Shown piece after piece: positions 49,069 to 59,196 of a DNA stretch of 64,000 nucleotides (within the stretch, counting starts at the first letter, position 1; every line of letters starts with the position of its first letter). A program made the position numbers and the translations under genes. The notes under the pieces were generated by a model that did no database searches, was not told the origin of the DNA, and saw nothing but the letters and a program-made list of their open reading frames with translations. The stretch is from Promethearchaeia archaeon (GTDB taxonomy: Archaea; Asgardarchaeota; Lokiarchaeia; Sigyniarchaeales; SOKP01), in NCBI GenBank assembly GCA_029856145.1, contig JAHQWK010000001.1, positions 128,001 to 192,000 on the forward strand. The letters run 5' to 3'.

Positions 49069-49734
49069 TTATTTTCTTTTTTTCAGCAATATGTAATGCG
49101 CACAATCACTATCCTTCAGTTTGGTCTTTACCATCCTAATTTCTGCCTCGATGACGCTAATATTTTCGAAAATGTCGGGATTTTCTTTTTCTTCACGGAT
49201 CTCCTTGATTTTTCTTTCTAATGGCTCATAATATTCAGTCCACCAGCAATCCTCAGGCCAGTTCAATTGTTTTATAAGTTCAAAACCACACTTAGTTATC
49301 AAATCTTGGTTCTTATCCATTGTCTTGATAGCTTGTCCAAGCACTAAATACCCTCCAACCTTGAGGATGCGATGGCACACTTTGAAGCTTTTCTTAAAAC
49401 CAATCAATTGCACCACACCTTCTTCCCAGATTAGGTCGAAATAATTATCTTGAAAATCATTCTTTAAAAGATCCATTCTTTTGGTTGTGATTCTATTTGT
49501 TAGGTTTCTTTCCTCTATCTTTTTGTTTAATTGATCTAAAAGACCTTTGTCAATATCTATCGCAATGATATCTCCATTGGTCAAGTTCGTAAGCTCGATG
49601 GTTAGAAGACCTGAACCACAACCTAGATCAAGTACTCTCGGTTTCTCCATCTTCGGAAGTGATTTAAATGCCTTTCTCGTGTATTTAAGAAAGTTTGACC
49701 TTAATTGTTGCGTGTATGATTCTTTATATGACAT
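49069..49734 (-). CDS. Class I SAM-dependent methyltransferase (likely start MSYKE at 49734)
   Basis: VLDLGCGSG, FDLIWEEG, LKVGG, WWTEYYEPL. Confidence 0.85.
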   Translation of the reverse strand: MSYKESYTQQLRSNFLKYTRKAFKSLPKMEKPRVLDLGCGSGLLTIELTNLTNGDIIAIDIDKGLLDQLNKKIEERNLTNRITTKRMDLLKNDFQDNYFDLIWEEGVVQLIGFKKSFKVCHRILKVGGYLVLGQAIKTMDKNQDLITKCGFELIKQLNWPEDCWWTEYYEPLERKIKEIREEKENPDIFENISVIEAEIRMVKTKLKDSDCAHYILLKKRK

Positions 49735-49750
49735 TTTATTTTTTTCCTTA

Positions 49751-50179
49751 TTATTTTTTATTTGGATTAATTTTATTACCACAATCGTAGCATTCCGCAT
49801 CGTGAATGCAAATTTCACCTTCACAAATAGGACATGTATAGAGCTCTTCTTGCTCTTGGAGCCATGCTTCAACTCCAATCTCTTCAATTCTTTTTAGGCT
49901 TTTAATCATATTTACCGAATATTTCTCTTGATAATGAGTATCGATTTTTTGTAGCTTTTGACAAGGAAATTTATCACATTCATAACAAAATTCTAATTCT
50001 TTTTTTCTTAATGCGGGACAATCTCTTCTTATAAAAGTACAATTTTTATTCCTAATTCGACATCCCTTACAGCCTATTTTATACCCTCTCTCCTCTAATA
50101 GATCTTTTTTCCAGAGGAGGTACTGCCTACAAGCACCGCAATATATACCACAGGGCGCTGCTAAATTATTATCAACCAT
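49751..50179 (-). CDS. DUF3795 Cys-rich protein
   Basis: APCGIYCGAC, CKGCR, FCYECDKFPC, CPIC...CYDCG. Confidence 0.85.
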   Translation of the reverse strand: MVDNNLAAPCGIYCGACRQYLLWKKDLLEERGYKIGCKGCRIRNKNCTFIRRDCPALRKKELEFCYECDKFPCQKLQKIDTHYQEKYSVNMIKSLKRIEEIGVEAWLQEQEELYTCPICEGEICIHDAECYDCGNKINPNKK

Positions 50180-50209
50180 TTTTTCACCATTTATACTTTG
50201 TAATATCTT

Positions 50210-51226
50210 TCAACTATAAAATCGTCTTAAAACTCTTAAGGCAAATAATGTAATCCATTTACTTTCCTTTCCCTTTTGTTCGATATTTGCTTGCATGCGT
50301 CCGTTGAAAGTTTTTTCCAGAATCCAACGACCATTTTCATTCTGCTTATCGATTACTAAATTAATAGCATCTAACATTCTGTCATCTTTATACCCTAATT
50401 TTGTTAATATATCTAAAACTTCCAAAGCATCAATCTTCCACATTAAAGGAAAACCAAATTGAGTCCACTCTTGCTTAGCCGCAGTACCCAAATTATGGCT
50501 TTGCTTGTATATATGATGATTAAACAAATATTCTGCTGCTTTATTAATTATTTCTTTTACACCATCTGATCTTTTATTCTGTGCAATTTCTGTTAGTGCT
50601 TTTAAATTTTTTACAACTCCCATGTGACATGTATGGGTACCCCAACAAGCTTCACCTTTCTTTGAGCCGATAATATAAGGCCAACCTTCTGGAGCGATTT
50701 TTATACCATCATCAAAGCGTTGATATTTAACAATCCAATATATTCCTTTTTGAACCCTAGGATCCTCTAAATACTCAAATCTAATAAGACTCCATAGCAT
50801 ATTACCTGTAAGACACGATAAAACTTTATTATGATCACCACCTCTACCCCCTTTATAGTATGCAAATGCTCCACTTGAATTATCCTGTGAATTTTCAAGG
50901 ATAAATTCGCATGTATTTTGAATTCTTTCATCCCTCCCATTAGCATAAAGTTCAGCTAATACGATGAATTGCCATACTGTTCCCTTATATTTAGTTCTGA
51001 TATAGTAGTTTTCAGCTGTTTCCCAATATCCCTCAACTCTTTGTTTGTTTAAAATTTTGGGAACGATACCATCAACCATGATTTTTTCTTTTGAATCTTT
51101 AACTTCAATATTGTTTTCATCCTTATCTAAAACATCTATTAGAGTTCGGTATCTAACCGAAGGATTATTCTCTTCTAATAACCAATCAATCGGATCTGAT
51201 TTAAGACATGATCTCCAGTTTTTCAA
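50210..51226 (-). CDS. Prenyltransferase/squalene-cyclase-repeat (alpha/alpha barrel) protein
   Basis: WLLEE.NPSVRY, Q..EGYW, CLTGN, QNENGRW (QW-like repeats), SKWITL.AL. Confidence 0.7.
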   Translation of the reverse strand: MKNWRSCLKSDPIDWLLEENNPSVRYRTLIDVLDKDENNIEVKDSKEKIMVDGIVPKILNKQRVEGYWETAENYYIRTKYKGTVWQFIVLAELYANGRDERIQNTCEFILENSQDNSSGAFAYYKGGRGGDHNKVLSCLTGNMLWSLIRFEYLEDPRVQKGIYWIVKYQRFDDGIKIAPEGWPYIIGSKKGEACWGTHTCHMGVVKNLKALTEIAQNKRSDGVKEIINKAAEYLFNHHIYKQSHNLGTAAKQEWTQFGFPLMWKIDALEVLDILTKLGYKDDRMLDAINLVIDKQNENGRWILEKTFNGRMQANIEQKGKESKWITLFALRVLRRFYS

Positions 51227-51241
51227 ATTAATATTAACCTC

Positions 51242-52384
51242 TTAAATTTTGATTTTAGATAATTTTTTAAATAGTGATTCCTCTTGCTGAAGGATCTTTA
51301 ATGCGATAACCTGTAATTCACTAAGATCTACGTGAGCTAAACATTCGGATTTATATTCCTCAGCTGACTGCTTTAATGAATCAGCAAGAAGAGTCCAGTT
51401 TTTAGCGGAATCTCTAATAATAGGTAAAATCTCCTCTATGATCCTAAATTCTTCATTATGCCACGCTTTTGGTCCTTCTCTTAACTTAGGAGATGAAAGT
51501 AATTCTTCAAGAAAGCCTTTATATAAATTACGAAAGCTTGCCCCACCTGTGCCCCAAGTTTCTATATAACCATGTATCATTTCAAACATAAGTCTTGCAC
51601 GTGAGATTGTTCTTCCTGAAGGATCTTTTGTTTCACCTTTTAATTTCTCTTTCCATTCAGGAATCGATCGTGCAAATAATTTGAGCCCTTGAATTCCATT
51701 ATTATTCATTGAGGGTCTTAACATATTATTTACTACTTTTTGAATCGCAAGCTTAACACCTGCAGCTAAAGGAGGATGTTTCCCATCTAGTCTTCTTTGC
51801 ATAGAAAATTGCGTGTTATTTGGGCGCATAAATTTGGGACCGTGTTCAGAACTTCGGCCTTTCTTTAATTGCTCTATTGGAACCTCTTGAAATCCCTCAA
51901 ATTCAGAGTCTCCTACATAAGAAATGCCTTGTTCTTCATCATAACCTGCTAAAGTTATTGCATGGCCACCAAAATGGATATTTCCCTCTTCCTTAAAATA
52001 GGGCAGAAAACCTAAATCAATCTGAAGAATCAATGGAATATCTTCAACGATCATTTTTTTTGATTCTTCCCATCCTTTATCTGCACTTGTGAAAGATTGC
52101 TTTCTTAAAATTATTCCTAATAAGCGGCATGCCAATGAATTAGGCTCAATGGTTCCCTGTTTGCCTCCCAAAAAGAAGGGGATATCTGATTTGGGAATAA
52201 AAGACACGCTATTAGTAGTATCGAAAAATCCAAATCCCATTGTAGCATCCAAACCAAATGCCATCGGTTCTGACATGGGAAAACCATAAAATTCAAAAAG
52301 ATCTCTCATTGAAGAGGATTCACAATGATGTCCAACCCTATGGGTAAAATTATTTACTTTATGCTTCTGAACCAATCTTACCAC
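51242..52384 (-). CDS. BtrH N-terminal / DUF4872 papain-like peptidase
   Basis: HCES (Cys), SEPMAFGL, HFGGH, GYD, TGGASFR.LY. Confidence 0.82.
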   Translation of the reverse strand: MVRLVQKHKVNNFTHRVGHHCESSSMRDLFEFYGFPMSEPMAFGLDATMGFGFFDTTNSVSFIPKSDIPFFLGGKQGTIEPNSLACRLLGIILRKQSFTSADKGWEESKKMIVEDIPLILQIDLGFLPYFKEEGNIHFGGHAITLAGYDEEQGISYVGDSEFEGFQEVPIEQLKKGRSSEHGPKFMRPNNTQFSMQRRLDGKHPPLAAGVKLAIQKVVNNMLRPSMNNNGIQGLKLFARSIPEWKEKLKGETKDPSGRTISRARLMFEMIHGYIETWGTGGASFRNLYKGFLEELLSSPKLREGPKAWHNEEFRIIEEILPIIRDSAKNWTLLADSLKQSAEEYKSECLAHVDLSELQVIALKILQQEESLFKKLSKIKI

Positions 52385-52931
52385 TTCCCTTTTTGATTTC
52401 TTCCAATACCCATTCTAAGAATTTAATATCAGCTCCTAATATTCTAATAGGGTGTTCAAATAAACCTCGTACATTTAATTTATTATGAGCATTATGTTTC
52501 AGCATTTTCTCCAGTTCCTTTTTATGTATCTTTATCTTATTTAAAGATTTTGTGAACACTTCTATTTGCTCTTCCTGAGACAGAACTGGAAGCATTGCAA
52601 AAGCAGTATAGAAATTATGATCATTTCTACCAACAAAATTGCTCAAAACATTATAGATTTGGGTTTTAAGCACTTCCTTTCCCTCTATTGTTATTTGATA
52701 AATTTTAACAGCACGATTATCTTCTTCTTCTATCCACGATTCAACTAATCCTTTTTTTTTTAAATTCTTCAATACTCCGTAAATCGATGATCTTCCAATT
52801 GCTGTCCAACTTCGCATTCCTCTCTCTTCAATTCTCTTATTTATATCTTTCCCATGACATGGATGTTCAGCTACTAACCCAAGAACAACAAAGGATACAT
52901 GACTCAATCCTATAATTTCTTCTTCTGACAT
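52359..52931 (-). CDS. PadR-family regulator
   Basis: VLGLVAEHPCHG, SSIY..L..L.KKGLV, KIYQITIEG. Confidence 0.88.
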   Translation of the reverse strand: MSEEEIIGLSHVSFVVLGLVAEHPCHGKDINKRIEERGMRSWTAIGRSSIYGVLKNLKKKGLVESWIEEEDNRAVKIYQITIEGKEVLKTQIYNVLSNFVGRNDHNFYTAFAMLPVLSQEEQIEVFTKSLNKIKIHKKELEKMLKHNAHNKLNVRGLFEHPIRILGADIKFLEWVLEEIKKGSGKIGSEA

Positions 52932-53126
52932 TGCACTTAATTACTATTATGATTTTAAATTGATTCTATATTAAGACCATTCTTATATAAGAATGATATG
53001 AAAATAGATTATTTAAATTTAACGATTATTCTTGTTTATCTATTTTCAAATCCCAAAAAAGTGTTTAAAATTTTATTCGAATATTAATATGGAAAAATTA
53101 ACTATAAATTTAAAATAAGTTTAGTC

Positions 53127-54002
53127 TTATTCTTTTTCAATTTTAAATATTGCATTAGCCATTTCCAAGATAAATTTATGATTTTCTGCCCACATAAAAA
53201 AGATTTTATCTTTAATAGGAATCATTACCGTTTCAGTTATTTGTATGTATTCATCATTATGCTCGAACTTAAATTTAGGCAAATGACCTTTAAATTTTTT
53301 ACCTTTAATCTCAATCTCACTCTCTATTAACTTGATATCCACTACCCCTATACCTTTATTTAAAACTTCCTCCTTTCCTTTTCTTGAAAGCATATCAAAC
53401 ATATAATTCAATGTGTTTTCATCATATTCGACATCTCGATTATACCTAAACACCATAAATCCAGCATCTTTTACAAATTTTGCATTTGAGACTAACAGAG
53501 TAGTATCATACGCTTCAAATTCATGTGTGATCTGGCTTTTCTCGACAATATGCTCGATAACCTTCCATCCTTTTTCATAAAGAGGATTTAAATACGGTTT
53601 TAAAAAATCATCAATTTCACTAATAGAGAATTCAATGCTTTCTAAATACATAGTTTCTAATTTATCAATAACATCCAGCTCGATTTTTTCAAGCATTTCA
53701 AGTTCACTTTTCTTTTTATTTATTATTCTACTCATATATAACTCAGGACTTATTGCAGCATACATTTTTGCACCTTTTGGTCCCTCATATTCTAGATTTT
53801 CTCTTACATACCCCCTATCATGAAGTCTATTAAGGATAGAATATATTGTTGTCCTTTTTATAGGTAGATGATCTGTTAAATCTTTAATATATGTTCCCTT
53901 TTTGCCATGTTGTATAAGATTGAAATAAATTAATGCTTCTTCATGTTTTAACCCTGTTTTTTGTAGACCTTGTATATATTCTTCAGTTTTATTATCTGTC
54001 AT
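53127..54002 (-). CDS. TrmB-family HTH regulator
   Basis: GL...EA.IY..L, RTTIYSILNRLHDRGYV, YAAISPE. Confidence 0.8.
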   Translation of the reverse strand: MTDNKTEEYIQGLQKTGLKHEEALIYFNLIQHGKKGTYIKDLTDHLPIKRTTIYSILNRLHDRGYVRENLEYEGPKGAKMYAAISPELYMSRIINKKKSELEMLEKIELDVIDKLETMYLESIEFSISEIDDFLKPYLNPLYEKGWKVIEHIVEKSQITHEFEAYDTTLLVSNAKFVKDAGFMVFRYNRDVEYDENTLNYMFDMLSRKGKEEVLNKGIGVVDIKLIESEIEIKGKKFKGHLPKFKFEHNDEYIQITETVMIPIKDKIFFMWAENHKFILEMANAIFKIEKE

Positions 54003-54035
54003 TAATTATTATTTGGGGTTTCAACTATAAAAAAG

Positions 54036-54092
54036 TTGTGACTATGAGTTATGACACAGCAACATTTAAATAGTCGCGACACTTAGTCACAA
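54036..54092. promoter_or_regulatory. Inverted 20-bp repeats between the divergent TrmB and methyltransferase genes
   Basis: TTGTGACTATGAGTTATGAC (54036-54055) against the reverse complement of 54073-54092, TTGTGACTAAGTGTCGCGAC: 15/20 identical. Confidence 0.55.
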
Positions 54093-54125
54093 GTAACAAT
54101 CAATTAAAATTTAAGGTATTTTAAA

Positions 54126-54890
54126 ATGAAAGAAGAAAAACCGAAATATGGCTGGTATGTGAAGAATCTAATTATTGGATTTAATATTATAGGGCTACTT
54201 GGAATAACTGCTTTTATTTATGGATTTCTAATAAATGGCTTATTGAAGATTATTCTATTAATTTCAGGATTAGCAATAATACTAGTATTTTTATGGCCAG
54301 GCATCGGAATGGTCATGATGCATCTATTATTATTAGGTAGAATATATTTAGTATCAAAAATGAAGGGATTAGATGAAATTGAAAATCCCCAAATTTTAGA
54401 CGTAGGTTGTGGAACTGGAAGAACTGCGATAAGAATTGCAAAAGAGTTAAAAAACGGAGGACATTTATATGGGATTGACATTTATTCGAAATTAGCAATT
54501 CAGGGTAATGCTTTAGATACAGTACAAAACAATGCTCACATTGAAAAAGTTGAAAATAAAACTACTTTTCAATATGGATCAGCGACAGATATTCCATTCG
54601 AAGATGAGAAGTTTGACATCGTGAATGCTTCTTCAGTCCTTCATGAAGTTCATGACTCAAACGGACAAGAGAATGCAATGCAAGAAATTTACCGTGTTTT
54701 AAAACCTGGGGGATGTTTTTACTTGAGTGAATGGAACCGCACATCATGGCAATGTGTTGCTATCGGTGGCTTATGTTGTTTTGCGTTTAAGAAAAAAGAT
54801 CACTGGAAAACTTTATTAGAAAAATATAATTTCAAGGAAATTACATACGAGACCACCGCAGGTTTTGGGATTTTTACAGCTAAAAAATAA
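54126..54890 (+). CDS. Membrane-anchored class I SAM-dependent methyltransferase
   Basis: Two N-terminal TM segments; ILDVGCGTG, IPFED..FD, EIYRVLKPGG. Confidence 0.88.
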   Translation: MKEEKPKYGWYVKNLIIGFNIIGLLGITAFIYGFLINGLLKIILLISGLAIILVFLWPGIGMVMMHLLLLGRIYLVSKMKGLDEIENPQILDVGCGTGRTAIRIAKELKNGGHLYGIDIYSKLAIQGNALDTVQNNAHIEKVENKTTFQYGSATDIPFEDEKFDIVNASSVLHEVHDSNGQENAMQEIYRVLKPGGCFYLSEWNRTSWQCVAIGGLCCFAFKKKDHWKTLLEKYNFKEITYETTAGFGIFTAKK

Positions 54891-55035
54891 AATTTTTTTA
54901 ATTTTTCCTTTTTTATTCAAGGGTAAATATAAATGGGGTTTTTTTGTAAAAGCAAAATGTTATTAACAATTTTGTATTAAATTCTTTAGAGATATTTAGT
55001 ACGTCGTTTTTTACGTCCACTAAAGGAGCTGACTC

Positions 55036-56460
55036 ATGGATTCTGAAGCAGAAGAGACATTAACAATCATTGCTGAGAGAGCACAGTTAGCTGAAGGCAT
55101 TGAAGGCGTTCGATCAATTCTACTAACAATGTATCGCTTTCCTTCCCTTAAAAACAAAAAAGTGGCCCAAAAAACAGGAATTGCAATTCCTACAATTTCA
55201 GCTGTTAGAGGGGAATTAGTTAAATCCGGGATTATTGAGAAGAGAAACTTTCTCGGAGAAATAGGAAGAGAATGGGTTAAGACAAAATTGAATTTAACCT
55301 TTGATTATGATCCTCTTCCTGAAACCTTTAACAACATAATAAAAGAGTTACCCGAAGAATTTACATACTTAAATAATTTGAAAAGTTTACTTAAGAATAG
55401 ACCAACTCCAGAATATGCTCTTGATCAATCTCATGCAGATTTCTCTACAATAATAAAGAAAACATTATATTTACTAAAAAAAGGGGATATTGAAGGAAGA
55501 AGGATTATTTTTTTAGGTGATGATGATGCTATATCGTTAGCTGTAGGGTTAACTAATTTATCAAATGAAATCCTTGTTTTGGATATAGACAATAGAGTTT
55601 TAGATTTTATCTCCCAATCAGCAGAAGAACTTTCATTAAAGAATTTTAATGTTCTATCTCATGATTTAAAAGAACCATGTCCTAACATTATCATTAATAA
55701 TTACGATGTTGTTGTAATGGACCCCCCTTATACTAATGAAGGCTTAAGATTATTTTTAAAAAGAGCTGGACAAGTGTTAAAGTCATATATTAAAATAAAT
55801 GATAAGATTCATCCCGTAATTGGCAAAAAATGCCTTCTTAGTTTTGGAAATAAACCTCCAGAGGAAATGCAGAAATTGCAAACGTCAATTTTAGATCATA
55901 GCTTTATTATTAATGAAATGATCCCTGATTTTAATCACTATGAGGGTGCAAGTATAATTGGTAAATTTAGTCACCTCTACTACCTACAATCTATAATAAA
56001 TTCAAACATTGAACCAACAATTAATTATACTACACGCCCTATATACACTTCCGAAGTAAGATCTATAACTGAGTATCCCTTTAGACCTGTTGGATTTCAC
56101 TTTGTGGGAGAAATGCACTTTTCAAACCAAGAATTACTCTTGGAAAATGATAATATACAGAAAATATTTATAGACTCTCTTACATTCGCAGATTTAACAA
56201 TTCTCGATGTATATCATCATAATTACCATCCATATGGATACAGTGCTATTGCGATTTTGAAAACAAGTCATGCGGCTATCCATACTTGGCCAGAACATGG
56301 ATATATTAGTATTGACATTTTTATATGTGAAGGATACTCTAAAGGATTAAAAGTTATAAAATTCTTAAAGAATAAGTTAAATCCTGAAAAATTTGAATTT
56401 TCATATGTAGAACGTGGTAAACAAACAACCATGAAATATAAACCAGTTGAAGTAGAATAA
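55036..56460 (+). CDS. bpsA: Branched-chain polyamine synthase BpsA (DUF43) fused to a C-terminal pyruvoyl-dependent AdoMet decarboxylase (SpeD)
   Basis: RP...LDQ, FLGDDD, DID.R, HDL, DPPYT; C-terminal G.H..., PYGYS, KTSHAAIHTWPEHGY.SIDIFIC, ERG. Confidence 0.85.
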   Translation: MDSEAEETLTIIAERAQLAEGIEGVRSILLTMYRFPSLKNKKVAQKTGIAIPTISAVRGELVKSGIIEKRNFLGEIGREWVKTKLNLTFDYDPLPETFNNIIKELPEEFTYLNNLKSLLKNRPTPEYALDQSHADFSTIIKKTLYLLKKGDIEGRRIIFLGDDDAISLAVGLTNLSNEILVLDIDNRVLDFISQSAEELSLKNFNVLSHDLKEPCPNIIINNYDVVVMDPPYTNEGLRLFLKRAGQVLKSYIKINDKIHPVIGKKCLLSFGNKPPEEMQKLQTSILDHSFIINEMIPDFNHYEGASIIGKFSHLYYLQSIINSNIEPTINYTTRPIYTSEVRSITEYPFRPVGFHFVGEMHFSNQELLLENDNIQKIFIDSLTFADLTILDVYHHNYHPYGYSAIAILKTSHAAIHTWPEHGYISIDIFICEGYSKGLKVIKFLKNKLNPEKFEFSYVERGKQTTMKYKPVEVE

Positions 56461-56481
56461 TACTTATTTTTCTTGATATGA

Positions 56482-57540
56482 TCATTTCGGTAATTTTTCG
56501 AATTCTTCACGTGTTCCATAAAATCGTTTGATAAGGTCTTCATCATTTCTTTTAATAGCTTTTAGAGGTTCAGACATTCTTAATAAATAATTTTTTATGA
56601 CTCTTTTGGGTAATATTTTAGTTGCTAATTTTAATGAAGTAAGTACGCATTCTTTAACGGCATCAAAATGCTCTTTTAGACCCTCTCTTTGAAAATGAAG
56701 GAGTTCTTCAAGTATATCTCCATCTACATAATATCCACAATGAAAATTTCTTGTAGCAAATGCGTTTTCGGGAATTAAATTTGGATCTAATCCAAAGATT
56801 TTAAAATTAGCTTTTAAATAATCCCTAGCTATTATTCGGCATTTCTCTCCACCTGAAAGGTTATAAATATTTCCAACTAATTCATCACACTCAATAGCTT
56901 GAACTAATGCATATCCTGTATCTGTATTGCGGCAAATCTCCAATGAAGTATCCAAGGGCAAATGAAACATTATAGGTTGTATTTTCATTCTTGGATTCAT
57001 TATAGCTGTTAATCTGAAAATAGTCCATTCTAAATTTGAACTTTGAATTAATTTCTCAGCTTCAATTTTAGTTACTGAATATTTATCTCCCATACTAGGA
57101 TTGAAGGGATCACCTACTCTAATCTTTGGATTCTTTATTCGATCTCCATAAACAGAGATTGATGATGTGTATATAAGCCGTGGTTTTTTATTTTGTACTT
57201 CAATAGCTTTAATAATGTTTTCGGTTCCTCCTGTATTTATTTTCCATGCTTCTTCAGGGAATTTGTCTGCTGCAGGAGGTATCAATGCACCTATATGTAA
57301 GACTACATCTATTTCGTTTACTGCTGTTAATACTTCATCGTAATTTCTTAAGTCTCCCCAGATAACTTTGATTTGTTTTATATAGCGTTTAGCAATTTTC
57401 TTGCGGTTTATCTTATTCAAGGAATCATACTTTAGGTCAAAAACTCTTATATCATAATTACTTCTTCTTACTAATTCTTTAAGAGTCTCAATTCCAACCT
57501 CTCCAAAAGCACCTGTCAACAGTATTTTTTTTCTTGTCAT
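56482..57540 (-). CDS. NAD-dependent epimerase/dehydratase (extended SDR)
   Basis: TGAFGEVG, SSISVYG, YSVTK. Confidence 0.88.
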   Translation of the reverse strand: MTRKKILLTGAFGEVGIETLKELVRRSNYDIRVFDLKYDSLNKINRKKIAKRYIKQIKVIWGDLRNYDEVLTAVNEIDVVLHIGALIPPAADKFPEEAWKINTGGTENIIKAIEVQNKKPRLIYTSSISVYGDRIKNPKIRVGDPFNPSMGDKYSVTKIEAEKLIQSSNLEWTIFRLTAIMNPRMKIQPIMFHLPLDTSLEICRNTDTGYALVQAIECDELVGNIYNLSGGEKCRIIARDYLKANFKIFGLDPNLIPENAFATRNFHCGYYVDGDILEELLHFQREGLKEHFDAVKECVLTSLKLATKILPKRVIKNYLLRMSEPLKAIKRNDEDLIKRFYGTREEFEKLPK

Positions 57541-57836
57541 TTTTCACGCTAAAAAGATTATGCTAACTTATAAACATTAGAGTTGGCTAATTCATATAAA
57601 TAATTTATTAAAATTTAGTTTATATAATCTAATTAAAATAATACTATAATGGAGATCTCATTTAAATATATCTTGTATTTAAAATCATTCGATTTTATCA
57701 TTTGAATTTGGAACTCAATAGAAATTATCGTCCATATTTTCCATTATAAAAGCATTGAATTAAATTTATATAAGAGGGTTGTATCTTAATCTTTAACCTT
57801 CAATTATTCTTACAAACATGAAAGGTTGAATTTAAA

Positions 57837-58274
57837 ATGAGTGAAAGTAAAAAGAAAGATTCAAATGAATTATTAAACTTTCTAATGATCATTATCGGGC
57901 TTCTCTTTATCTTCAAAGCGGTAATGGAATTCTTAGCGTGGGCGGGTATCTATACTCCCGCATGGTTAGGTGGAAGTGGTGTAGATGAAGCACTTTCTAT
58001 TTTTGGTGGTCAAGGTGTAATTTCAATACTTTTAGGATTTTGGTGTTTAATTTCTGGTATAGGAATGTTTAGAGAAGAAGAGTACGCGATGGGTATGGGT
58101 TCAGTAGTTCTAAGTATAATGGCAGCGGTTGGTATTACTGCTATTGTAGGATGGATAGCAGCTCCTGGTTCTTTTGATGCGGTATATTGGCCAAATTATA
58201 TCATAATTGCGGCAACTGTTATTGGAGTTTTAGGATTTGTCTGGTTACTCTTTACATACAAGAGATATGACTAA
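57837..58274 (+). CDS. 4-TM membrane protein
   Basis: Hydrophobic Gly-rich segments. Confidence 0.8.
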   Translation: MSESKKKDSNELLNFLMIIIGLLFIFKAVMEFLAWAGIYTPAWLGGSGVDEALSIFGGQGVISILLGFWCLISGIGMFREEEYAMGMGSVVLSIMAAVGITAIVGWIAAPGSFDAVYWPNYIIIAATVIGVLGFVWLLFTYKRYD

Positions 58275-58426
58275 ATTAAGTATCTTCTTAAAATTTTAAT
58301 AATAAATCTTTTTTTTTAATTATTTCATATCAAATTAATTTTATAAATAAAATTGAAAAAAGATAATTATCTATAATAACCAAATCGAATAAAGAAATTC
58401 ATAATTACAAGATAAGTGTTAAAAAT

Positions 58427-59089
58427 ATGCAATTATCAGAATTTCTCAAGAAAATTGAATGGTTAGAAACTGACCATCCTTATGGAAGTGCTTGTGTAAG
58501 AATTAATAGTGAAATAGTTATTTATTTTGATCCTGTTAGTTTGTCAGAAGAAAATATGAAAAAAAAGGCAGATCTTATCCTGTTAACTCATTCACATGAA
58601 GATCATTTTTCTGTTGAGACATTAGAAAATCTTGTGAAACCCACAACAATTATTGTCTGTCCTTTTGATTGTGAAGAAAAATTATTACAGGATCATTTTG
58701 ATTTCAATATTTATATAATAAAAACTGGTGAGACTGTAAAACTAAACAGAGTTAGAATCAAAGCGATCCCAGCATACTCTTCTTCAGCACATCCAAATTC
58801 TGCAGGTTGGGTTGGATATATTATTGAACTTAATGACTTCCGAATTTATCATTCAGGAGATTCAGGTTTTATTCCAGAGATGAATGATTTAAAAAATATA
58901 GATATTTCGTTTCTAACGGTTAGAGAACCGTATATGATGAGCCCAAAAGAAATACTTCAAGCTGTAAATACATTTAAACCAAAAATTTTAATTCCTATAC
59001 ATTGGATTAAAGAAGAAAAGGAATCTATTGATTATATCATAGAAAATTCGCCAAAGTCAACAAGAGTAATAATTCTTGAAATGAAATAA
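58427..59089 (+). CDS. Metallo-beta-lactamase-fold hydrolase
   Basis: THSHEDH, YHSGD, IPIHW. Confidence 0.9.
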   Translation: MQLSEFLKKIEWLETDHPYGSACVRINSEIVIYFDPVSLSEENMKKKADLILLTHSHEDHFSVETLENLVKPTTIIVCPFDCEEKLLQDHFDFNIYIIKTGETVKLNRVRIKAIPAYSSSAHPNSAGWVGYIIELNDFRIYHSGDSGFIPEMNDLKNIDISFLTVREPYMMSPKEILQAVNTFKPKILIPIHWIKEEKESIDYIIENSPKSTRVIILEMK

Positions 59090-59196
59090 AAATTTGAAAG
59101 AAAAAATTTCTTAGTTATTGATACGATTGTTGAATCTTTTTTGGGAAAATAAGCTTTTTTAGAATAAAAAATATTAAATCTTTAAGGAAATTTGAT

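Noticed and set aside
49735-49887. 51-aa N-terminal extension of the methyltransferase
   Set aside because: It overlaps DUF3795 in another frame; the ATG at 49734 follows that gene's stop.
50210-51226. True squalene cyclase or nitrogenase-related function
   Set aside because: No DXDD motif and no P-loop; only QW-like repeats are visible.
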